This document shows, piece after piece, positions 29,178 through 38,500 of a stretch of 53,653 nucleotides of DNA; the first letter of the stretch is position 1, and each line of letters opens with the position of its first letter. Position numbers and translations under genes: made by a program. The notes under the pieces were generated by a model. It saw only the letters and a list, made by a program, of their open reading frames with translations. It was not told the origin of the DNA and made no database searches. Origin of the DNA: a virus (taxonomy: Duplodnaviria > Caudoviricetes); IMG/VR virus record IMGVR_UViG_3300045586_000001, positions 1 through 53,653 of that record; one strand, written 5' to 3'.

Positions 29178-29510
29178 ATGGCAACGACAGCATACTTAGA
29201 TATAGATCAGGGTTCAGACTTTGTCACAGAGATGATTCTTGAGAACGATGATAGCACTCCTATGAATATATCAGGATTGAATATACGTTCTCAATTTAGA
29301 AAAAGCTATAATTCATTAATTGGATATGATTTTGCGGTGAACATAGTGAGTCCAATTCAAGGTAAGTTTACATTATCTCTTTCTGGGATCGCATCATCTG
29401 CAATCAAACCTGGAAGATACTTGTACGACGTTGAGCTATACGGCGCTACTTCAAAAACACGAGTTGTTGAAGGTGTTATTACGATTAATCCCGAGATAAC
29501 TAAAATATAA
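29178..29510 (+). CDS. Small virion protein (BppU-N/Ig-like adaptor)
   Basis: LDIDQGSDF, SQFRKSY, GRYLYDVE and RVVEGVITINP motifs. Confidence 0.65.
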   Translation: MATTAYLDIDQGSDFVTEMILENDDSTPMNISGLNIRSQFRKSYNSLIGYDFAVNIVSPIQGKFTLSLSGIASSAIKPGRYLYDVELYGATSKTRVVEGVITINPEITKI

Positions 29511-29749
29511 TGAAGATAAAAGTAAACAGCCAACAGACGAAAGTCGTTAGCGTAAATAAACAGTCAAACAACGAAGTTGTTGCTGTAGGTATTCAAGGGC
29601 CGCAGGGACCAAATTTAATCACGACCGCGAATGATGTTAGCATAACTGATCTAAGAGATGGTTCAGTTCTGGTATATTCTACTGCCGTAAGCAAATGGGA
29701 AGCCACTAATAAATTGCAGAAGCAAGAATTAGAGGGTGGACAGTTTTAA
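29510..29749 (+). CDS. Small hypothetical virion protein
   Basis: GIQGPQGP collagen-like triplets, DGSVLVY..KW and C-terminal EGGQF; TAATG coupling to the previous gene. Confidence 0.7.
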   Translation: MKIKVNSQQTKVVSVNKQSNNEVVAVGIQGPQGPNLITTANDVSITDLRDGSVLVYSTAVSKWEATNKLQKQELEGGQF

Positions 29750-29763
29750 CAATAGGAAATAAA

Positions 29764-31401
29764 ATGGCATCAATCATTAGAATTAAAAGATCAGAAGTAT
29801 CTGGCAATCCAGCAACCCTTGGTGCTGGCGAATTAGCATATACATCATTAGCAGACAATGGATCTAATGGTGGAGATAGACTATACATTGGTACCGGCAC
29901 TGAGACTACTGGTAATGCTGTAAATCACGTTGTTATCGGTGGTAAGTTCTTCACCGATCAGATCACTGCGTCTACCTCAGCAAATACTGCAAACACTCTA
30001 GTAAAACGTAATAGTAGTGGCGCAGCGTACTTAGATATTATCGGCAATTTAACCGGTGACGTTTTAGCAACTGACGTTACAGCAAGCTCATTGTCAGACA
30101 CACGTCTTGTGTTCTCCGATGCTAGTGGCAAGTTGATCGATGATAGTCGTTTGAACTGGGGCAGCGGGTTTGGTCAGTTGACCACACACCAGCTTATCGT
30201 CAACAGTTATTCAGAATTCAGAAGTAACGTAAAGATTACTCAATTAACCACTGGTCGTGTCACATTTGCTGGTGCAGATCAAACTTTAGCAGATAACGCT
30301 AATTTAACATTTAATGCTACTAGTGGTGCACTATCTGCGACTACATTTATTGGTGCTGTCACTGGTAATGCTGATACCACAACTGCATGGTTGAATCCAA
30401 GAAGTTTAAGTCTAACGGGTGATGGTACTGCTAGCTTAACTGGCGTTGATGGTACTGCAAATAAGTCTGCAACGTTTACGCTTGCGACTGTTAATAGTAA
30501 CGTTGGTCAGTTTGGTTCGGCTACTTCTATCCCAATCGTAACGGTAAATGCTAAAGGTCTCGTTACCGCTATTACTACAGCGTCTATTGCGACAGCTCTG
30601 AGTATTTCGGCTGGAACCGGAAGCGATACAGTATCTCTATTAACAGACACTCTAGTATTCGAAGGTGGTACAGGCGTTGCTACTACAGTTACTGACAATA
30701 AAGTATCGTTTGCAATCGGTCAACCTGTAGCAACTACCGACAACGTAGTGTTTAATGATGTTACTGCAAATGGCACACTGTATTCAAATGACATTACAGC
30801 TGCCAACGTTAGCATCACCGGCAACGCAATTATTACTGGCAACTTAACAGTAGAAGGTACTACAACTACAGTTAACTCGACTACTATCGCAGTTGGCGAT
30901 AAGAATATCTCTCTATCTAAAGACGCTACGACAGCGGCTGAAGCCGACGGCGGTGGTCTTACTGTAGTAGGTCCAGCTGTTGCAGCTACATTGACTTACA
31001 CTTCAGCAGATGATCGTTGGAACTTCAACAAGAATCTAAACATTGCAACCGTTTATGGTGACGTGGTTGGTAATGCAACTTCAGCAGACAAATGGTCTTC
31101 AGCACGCAATCTAAGTTTAACCGGTGACGCGACAGCCACTCTATCAAGCGTAGATGGTACTGCAAACGTTTCAACCACAATCACATTAGCGACTGTTAAT
31201 GCTACTGTTGGAGCATACGGTTCTGCAGTTGTGGTACCAACTGTTACTGTGAATGCTAAAGGTCTTGTAACATCCATTGGTGAAACTGCGATTCCAAATG
31301 CAAGTTATTCCGTAAAAGGTCTTGCATCATTCGACTCAGATCAGTTTACAGTATCATCTGGTGCAATAACAATTTCCATGATTGATGGCGGAACGTATTA
31401 A
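29764..31401 (+). CDS. Tail fibre-like protein with Mtd-N-like head
   Basis: IRIKRS..P..L..GELAY...RLYIG N-terminus, an internal duplicated unit and C-terminal IDGGTY. Confidence 0.7.
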   Translation: MASIIRIKRSEVSGNPATLGAGELAYTSLADNGSNGGDRLYIGTGTETTGNAVNHVVIGGKFFTDQITASTSANTANTLVKRNSSGAAYLDIIGNLTGDVLATDVTASSLSDTRLVFSDASGKLIDDSRLNWGSGFGQLTTHQLIVNSYSEFRSNVKITQLTTGRVTFAGADQTLADNANLTFNATSGALSATTFIGAVTGNADTTTAWLNPRSLSLTGDGTASLTGVDGTANKSATFTLATVNSNVGQFGSATSIPIVTVNAKGLVTAITTASIATALSISAGTGSDTVSLLTDTLVFEGGTGVATTVTDNKVSFAIGQPVATTDNVVFNDVTANGTLYSNDITAANVSITGNAIITGNLTVEGTTTTVNSTTIAVGDKNISLSKDATTAAEADGGGLTVVGPAVAATLTYTSADDRWNFNKNLNIATVYGDVVGNATSADKWSSARNLSLTGDATATLSSVDGTANVSTTITLATVNATVGAYGSAVVVPTVTVNAKGLVTSIGETAIPNASYSVKGLASFDSDQFTVSSGAITISMIDGGTY

Positions 31402-31406
31402 GCATG

Positions 31407-31414
31407 TATAAATA
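31407..31414 (+). promoter_or_regulatory. Late promoter
   Basis: Exact intergenic TATAAATA. Confidence 0.65.
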
Positions 31415-31429
31415 CAATTAAATACCAAC

Positions 31430-31459
31430 AAAAGGGAGTTTTTACTCCCTTTTCTTTTT
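31430..31459 (+). terminator. Intrinsic terminator-like hairpin
   Basis: AAAAGGGAGT-TTTT-ACTCCCTTTT followed by CTTTTT. Confidence 0.65.
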
Positions 31460-31478
31460 CCCTTTTTAGGTGTACAAT

Positions 31479-34400
31479 ATGTCAAGAGTTCTCTTAAAGA
31501 AATCGTCTGTGGCCGGCAAAGTTCCGGTTACAAGTCTTTTAGATCCAGCGAATGGATTGGAATATGGCGAACTAGCATTAAATTATGCAGATGGTAAATT
31601 ATACTTTAAGAACTCCTCTAATGTAATTACATCGTTCTCCTCTGGAAATGACTTAAGCGCAATTCTAGATCGTAGATTATATACTGTAACAACTGCTGGA
31701 TCTAATACACTAAGTGTTAATTATGTAGTCGGATTCATAGACGTATTTGTTAACGGCGTTAAATTAAACAACACAGAATTTACTGCAACAAGTGGCGCTA
31801 CGGTAGTAATACCAGATCTGGCAGTTAATGATGAAGTTCAACTTGTAGGATACCTTAAGTTTTCGTTGGCTGGTCTTACGATCAGTGGATCTGGGTTAGC
31901 ATTTGATGTTAATGCTGGGCTTCTTACCATAAACAGCGCGACGACTGCGACTGCAAATACTCTGGCATTACGAGATGGCAGCGGAAATCTAACTGCTACA
32001 AATTTATCTGGTACTAACACCGGTGATAACGCCGTAAACTCGTTATATTCTGGATTAGTAACCAATGCAACCCATACAGGCGATGCGACTGGTAGCACTG
32101 CGCTAACGTTAGCAACAGTAAACACTAATGTAGGAGCGTTCGGTTCCGCGACGAATATTCCTGTTGTTACTGTTAACGCTAAGGGTTTAGTCACTGCAGT
32201 CTCAACAGTAGCCGTATCAATCCCATCAGGCGCAATTACAATCACTGGTGACGTGACTGGATCAGGAACTACCGGTTCTTCTACAACGTTAACGCTTGCA
32301 ACCGTCAATAGCAACATTGGTACATGGAATAATGTAACTGTAAACGCAAAGGGACTCGTTACTGGCGGATCTAATACTGCATACTTGACAGCAGTAACGC
32401 CATCAAACTTTTCATCTCAAACTGCTAACACAGTATTAGCAGCTCCTAATGGTTCGGCTGGCGCACCAACATTTAGAGCGATTGTCGGCGCAGATATTCC
32501 TACACTGAATCAGAACACTACGGGTTCTGCAGCGACTATTACTGGTATCTATAGTGGAACTATCACTAGTTCTCAAGTAACCACTGGTCTTGGATTCACT
32601 CCGTATAACGCGACTAACCCAAGTGGCTATACGACAAATGTTGGAACAGTAACTTCTGTTGCTGCGCTGACGATCGCTACAGCTGGAACTGATGTAACTT
32701 CAACTGTTGCAACTGGAACAACTACACCAGTCATCACGCTGAATATTCCCACAGCTTCTGCGACTAATCGTGGCGCACTAAGTGCTGCAGATTGGACTAC
32801 ATTTAATAACAAACAAGCAGCTATTACACTAACTGATACTGTGGCAAGTTGGGCGACTACAGGCACTTTTGCTGGTGTATTAAACCCTACCGATGTATTC
32901 TTTAAACCTGATGGAACTAAGATGTTCCTACTAACAGGTACTACGCTTAATCAGTATACATTATCGACAGCATGGGATATAACTACTGCTGGAGTTGTAA
33001 CATCATTTATTAATACTTGGGATACCGTTACTAACGGCATGTTTATTAGTCCTGATGGCACTAAGCTAGTAACGTGTGGCCAAACTGCTGTAGTTAATGC
33101 TGGTTTGAGTATTGCGGGAGCAGACGATCGTGCGTATTATCTAACATTAGGTACTGCCTGGGATATTACTACTGCAACTTTAGTATCTTCTTTAAAGTTT
33201 GGTGCAGGTATTGCCGGTTTACCTGTTGCTGAAACAGCTCCTCACGGTATAACCTTCAATTCAGATGGAACAATCATGTATATGATTGGTACCACAATTG
33301 ATGCGATCTATCAGTATACTTTAACTACTGCATATGACGTTTCTACTGCAACATATTCGAAACAAATATCTATTGCTTCAGTAGAAACGGGTGGAAGCGG
33401 TATTAGATTTAATATTGCTGGAACTAATATGTACATCCTAGGTAGTACCTATGATAATATAATTGAATATAGACTTAGTACTGCATGGGACATAGCCACT
33501 GCTGTTTATTATGACGATCTATATATAGTTAGTTCTGAATCAACTAGCCAAGGGTTGTATCTGGATGAAACTTCTGGTAATGCTTACATAGTTGGAACAA
33601 CTTCCGACTCAGTTACTAGATTTAAGACTAATTCAGCAGGTATTCTAATAGCTCCAGCTCTTGCTACTGGTAGAATAGATTTAGTTGGTGAAACTAGAAT
33701 TAAAAATGCTAGTTTACTAGTCAACGGTAACATCTACTCAGACGGCGCAGCAATATTTTTTGGCAATATTACTGCAAATAATATTGCTACTAGTGCATCT
33801 TCAATTACTTTAGGCGGCGCCGTATCAACAGGTAATGCTACATTAGCTACTGCACAAACAACTGGTCTTATTACAATTGGTGGAACTGCAGGAACTGGAG
33901 CAATTACTCTAGGTCAATCAACCGCAGCACAGACCCTAAACTTGGGAACTGGGGCAACTGCAGCAACTACTACTAAGGTCATCAATATTGGTACCACAGG
34001 TGTTTCAACCTCTATTACTAATATTAATCTTGGTTCTGATGTTTTGGGGGCGCTAAATACTATAGTACTTAACGGTACAATTAAACTTCCAGCTGTTGGA
34101 ACATCTGGTTTCGTTAAGCTTGGTGCTGGTGGTCAATTATCTGCAGACACTACTACGTATGCAACAGGTACGGGTACAGCATCGGGTACTAACACTGGCG
34201 ATAATGCTGTCAACTCGCTATACTCTGGACTAGTAAGTAACGCAACTCACACTGGTGACGTAACTGGTAGCACAGCGCTAACGTTGGCGACTGTCAATTC
34301 AAACGTCGGTACATGGAATAATGTAACTGTTAATGGTAAAGGATTAGTGACTGCTGGATCTAATGTTGCATACCTTACTTCATACACTGAATCAGACACC

Positions 34401-35498
34401 CTAGCGACGGTTACTGGACGTGGTGCAAGCACTTCTACTCCAATAACTCTAACCGGCAACTTGTCTATAAATTCTGCATCATTATTTGTAGGTCGACCTG
34501 TTAGTGATACTTCATCAATAGTGACCACAAACACGGCGTTAACCGTTTCGTCGCTAGGAGTAGATCAAACTTCTGCACAAACTAATGCAATGAGACTGGT
34601 GAGAGATGGCACAAGCGGCGTTATTTATGCCGGTGCAGCCGATTTTGACATCTATAGACATACAGTTTCAGGCGTATCACCAAACGTTGGTTTGGTGATT
34701 AGACTTTCTACTAGTACTACAAGTAACTATTATGATGCATTGACGCTTGAAAGTAACGGAACAATTAAAACCGGTACTAACAACATATTTCACGATGGTT
34801 ATCATCCAAATGCTGATGCATTAACAACTGCTCGTACTATTGCACTTACTGGCGATGTTAGCTACACATCGGGTGCTTTTGACGGGTCGGGCAACGTAAC
34901 TGGTGTAGCAACACTGGCGACTGTTAACTCTAATGTTGGTACTTGGAACAACGTAACTGTTAATGGTAAAGGTTTAGTGACCGCTGGTTCTAACACAGCT
35001 TACTTGACTTCATTGACCGATACGCTAGCGACAGTTACTGCTCGTGGAGCTACGACTAGCACGGCATCTACATTTAGTGGTGGTATTACTCACAGTGGTT
35101 TGACAATGACTGCTGGTACCAACGTTGATCAGATCTATACTGCATCAGATGTTCTTACACTAACCACAGCTTGGCAGGATACTTCAGTCAATGCAGCAGA
35201 ACTTGTAACAGGTTCATATATGGTTCAAGTTTATGCAGACGATAGTACTGTTGGTGGAGGACAGTATATGACATACTACACCGGTATCATGTCTTGGTAC
35301 AGTGGGGACACCAATGAAGCTTCATCTGATGAAATCGTATTGCATAGAGCAGGACATGCAAGCACTACAGGCAATATATTTTTAAGAGTATTGCGAACAA
35401 TGACGGCAGACACAAACAACATGAAATTGCAAATTGCAGGAATTACTGCTAACACTGGTACTTCAACGTATACATATAAATTTAGACGATTGATCTAA
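31479..35498 (+). CDS. Tail fibre with Mtd-N-like head and internal beta-propeller
   Basis: ATG 31479 after TAGGTG. LLKKSSVAGKVP...GELALNYADGKLYFK head, four (S/G/T)TA(W/Y)D(I/V)xTA repeats and shared fibre linkers. Confidence 0.8.
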   Translation: MSRVLLKKSSVAGKVPVTSLLDPANGLEYGELALNYADGKLYFKNSSNVITSFSSGNDLSAILDRRLYTVTTAGSNTLSVNYVVGFIDVFVNGVKLNNTEFTATSGATVVIPDLAVNDEVQLVGYLKFSLAGLTISGSGLAFDVNAGLLTINSATTATANTLALRDGSGNLTATNLSGTNTGDNAVNSLYSGLVTNATHTGDATGSTALTLATVNTNVGAFGSATNIPVVTVNAKGLVTAVSTVAVSIPSGAITITGDVTGSGTTGSSTTLTLATVNSNIGTWNNVTVNAKGLVTGGSNTAYLTAVTPSNFSSQTANTVLAAPNGSAGAPTFRAIVGADIPTLNQNTTGSAATITGIYSGTITSSQVTTGLGFTPYNATNPSGYTTNVGTVTSVAALTIATAGTDVTSTVATGTTTPVITLNIPTASATNRGALSAADWTTFNNKQAAITLTDTVASWATTGTFAGVLNPTDVFFKPDGTKMFLLTGTTLNQYTLSTAWDITTAGVVTSFINTWDTVTNGMFISPDGTKLVTCGQTAVVNAGLSIAGADDRAYYLTLGTAWDITTATLVSSLKFGAGIAGLPVAETAPHGITFNSDGTIMYMIGTTIDAIYQYTLTTAYDVSTATYSKQISIASVETGGSGIRFNIAGTNMYILGSTYDNIIEYRLSTAWDIATAVYYDDLYIVSSESTSQGLYLDETSGNAYIVGTTSDSVTRFKTNSAGILIAPALATGRIDLVGETRIKNASLLVNGNIYSDGAAIFFGNITANNIATSASSITLGGAVSTGNATLATAQTTGLITIGGTAGTGAITLGQSTAAQTLNLGTGATAATTTKVINIGTTGVSTSITNINLGSDVLGALNTIVLNGTIKLPAVGTSGFVKLGAGGQLSADTTTYATGTGTASGTNTGDNAVNSLYSGLVSNATHTGDVTGSTALTLATVNSNVGTWNNVTVNGKGLVTAGSNVAYLTSYTESDTLATVTGRGASTSTPITLTGNLSINSASLFVGRPVSDTSSIVTTNTALTVSSLGVDQTSAQTNAMRLVRDGTSGVIYAGAADFDIYRHTVSGVSPNVGLVIRLSTSTTSNYYDALTLESNGTIKTGTNNIFHDGYHPNADALTTARTIALTGDVSYTSGAFDGSGNVTGVATLATVNSNVGTWNNVTVNGKGLVTAGSNTAYLTSLTDTLATVTARGATTSTASTFSGGITHSGLTMTAGTNVDQIYTASDVLTLTTAWQDTSVNAAELVTGSYMVQVYADDSTVGGGQYMTYYTGIMSWYSGDTNEASSDEIVLHRAGHASTTGNIFLRVLRTMTADTNNMKLQIAGITANTGTSTYTYKFRRLI

Positions 35499-35527
35499 GA
35501 ACATACTCTGATTAAAAGGGACGAGTT

Positions 35528-38500
35528 ATGACATTTAAAGTAAAAGACGGTATATCGGTAGCTGGCTCAACATTCGTTGACGGCTCACGAAATACTACAA
35601 CAAACAATTTGACTGTTGGAGGAAATCTAACAGTCAGCGGAACTACCACGACTATTAATACTGCGACTCTAGAGGTAGCAGATCTTAATATCACTGTGGC
35701 TAAGAATGCTACTACAGCCGCAGCTGCTAATGGAGCTGGATTGACTGTTGCCGGCGCATCAGCTACACTGCTGTACACTTCTGCAGCCGATTCATGGAAC
35801 TTCAATAAAAACGTATTTGCTAGCAATCTATCAGGCACGAACACCGGTGATAACGCAGGTGTGACTTCTGTTGCAGCGGTAACACCGATCGTGAGTTCAG
35901 GCGGTACTACGCCTTCTATATCTCACGCTACATCTGGTGTAGGAGCTGGAACATATAATAACGTAACTGTCAACACGTTTGGTCACGTTACATCTGGTTC
36001 TAACACAGCGTACTTGACAACGTTGACCGACACTCTCGCAACTGTTACTGGACGTGGTGCTACTACAACTACTGCGGTAATTTTAAATGGTGGTCTAAGC
36101 ACCGGTTCTGCAAGCACTGGTGTTACACGAGCAGTCGTTGACACTGGTGGTAATTTCTTATCGTACTATGCTGCTGAAACTACTGCGCGTATTCAATTAG
36201 GTCGCGACGTCGGTATTAGTGGAGGCGCTGGTCTTGCACTTGGTGGAGCTTTATATGCATTAATTGCATCATCAGATACTAATGGGTCTGCGCTGTATTT
36301 CAAATTAAATACAGCGGCAGCTACTGCGTCAACTTCTCCAAATATGTCGCTGACTAGCACTGGACTGAGCGTTGCAGGTACCCTTACTGCGTCTAATTTA
36401 TCAGGCACTAACACTGGTGATAATCCAGGCGTTACATCGGTCGCTGGTGTTACGCCAATCGTAAGTTCTGGCGGTACAACTCCTTCTATATCTCACGCTA
36501 CATCTGGCGTAGGCGCTGGTACGTACAACAACGTTACTGTTAATACATTTGGTCACGTTACTGCTGGATCTAACGTTGGCTATATTTCTGGTTATACTGA
36601 AGTAGATACATTAGCAACAGTAACAGCACGTGGTGCTAGCACGTCGACTAGCGTGACCTTAAGTGGTACTGGCAATCAATTTGGTGGTCACTTCTACTTT
36701 TTACCATATGATGCTGCTGGTAATCACTATCCACACTTCAATGATGGCGGCAGCGCGTCTGGAACAAAAATTAATTGGAGACTGTATACTGGCGTTAACA
36801 ACACAGTTACTCATACTTGGACTACATCGTTAGCAACATTTGCTACTAATATAGCTGCAACTAATTTCTCTGGATCATCTTCTGGTACAAACACTGGCGA
36901 TAATCCAGGTGTTACGTCAGTCGCTGGTGTTACGCCAATCGTAAGTTCAGGTGGTACGACACCTTCTATATCACATGCAACATCTGGCGTAGGTGCTGGA
37001 ACTTATAATAACGTTACTGTTAATACATTTGGTCACGTTACAGCAGGATCTAACACTGCGTACTTGACTGCGTTATCAGATACACTAGCAACAGTTACTG
37101 CACGTGGTAATACAACTACTACGGCGATCAATAGTAATACGGGTGCTGCAATAAACTTAGTTACTGCTGGTAACCAAGGAGCTTGGTTGGGCGGCTTTAA
37201 TGACGCAACGACTGGTTGGGCTTTATCAAAAGCTGTAATGGCTTTAAAACCAGACGATGCTACGTACTCTACTATTGGTATGGCAGGTACTAATGGTTTA
37301 CTATATTTTGCTAGAACAAGTACTGGAGCTGGCACACTAACGTCATGGCTAGAAGTTAGTTCTGCTGGTGTTGCTAACTTTAAGTTAGCTCGTCCACAGT
37401 GGAATGGTACTAACTTAGTAATTGCGAGTGATGTGGTTTCTAGTATTGCAGCTACATCTCCTATCGTTACGAGTGCTGCAACTGGTGGCGTGACACTAAG
37501 TCACGCCACATCTGGCGTAGGAGCTGGAACATATAATAACGTTACTGTCAATACATTTGGTCACGTAACTGCTGGATCTAATGTTGGTTATGTTTCAAGT
37601 TCTGGTGTTACATCAGTAGCAACAAGCGGTGGATATGGAGGATTAACTCTAACTGGTGGTACAATTACTACTACGGGCACTATCACAATGGGTGGGACAC
37701 CTACGGGTACTTGGCCTATTAGTGTTAGTGGAACTGCGGCTAATGCTACAACATTACTAGGTAGTGGCGTTATTACATATGGCGCTTCAGGAACACAGTG
37801 GTTGAATCAGAGTGGCGTTGGTGGAGCTGGTACAAATGGCGTAGCGCCATCAAATCCAACTAATGACTGGTATCATCATTTAATTTTTAATCACGCGAAT
37901 AACGCTGGCTACTATGTAGATTTCGCTGCTTGTTTTCATTCTGACACTTATGCGTTTAGAAGAGTTGTTGGTGGTGTCGACAATGGTTGGAAAACCCTAT
38001 GGCATAGTGGCAACCTTACCAACTTAAACCAACTCACAAATGGTCCAGGTTATGGTACTGGCACAGTCACCGCAGTAACAGCTACAACGCCAATCATAAG
38101 TTCTGGTGGTACTACACCTAATATCACCCACGCTACTTCAGGTGCAACTGCTGGTACATATAATAACGTAACGGTCAACACATTTGGTCACGTTACTGCT
38201 GGATCTAATGTTGGATACTTGACTGCAGAAGCCGATACGCTGGCGACAGTGACGGCAAGAGGTAACGTTGCAAGTGGAGGTATTGGGTTGCCTGCTGGCG
38301 ACGGTATAGGATATACTTTCTGGGGCAATGGGTCAAGTTATAAAATCTCTATGGGGGTTGGAACTCTTTATCAATATGGAACAGTTACTGACTATTCCAT
38401 TAAAATGCAGATGGATACGGGTTCAACAGGACGCGGATTTACATGGGGAAGAGACGGAGTTACGCCTGTAGCAGGACTAAACTCAACATCTGGTAACTTC

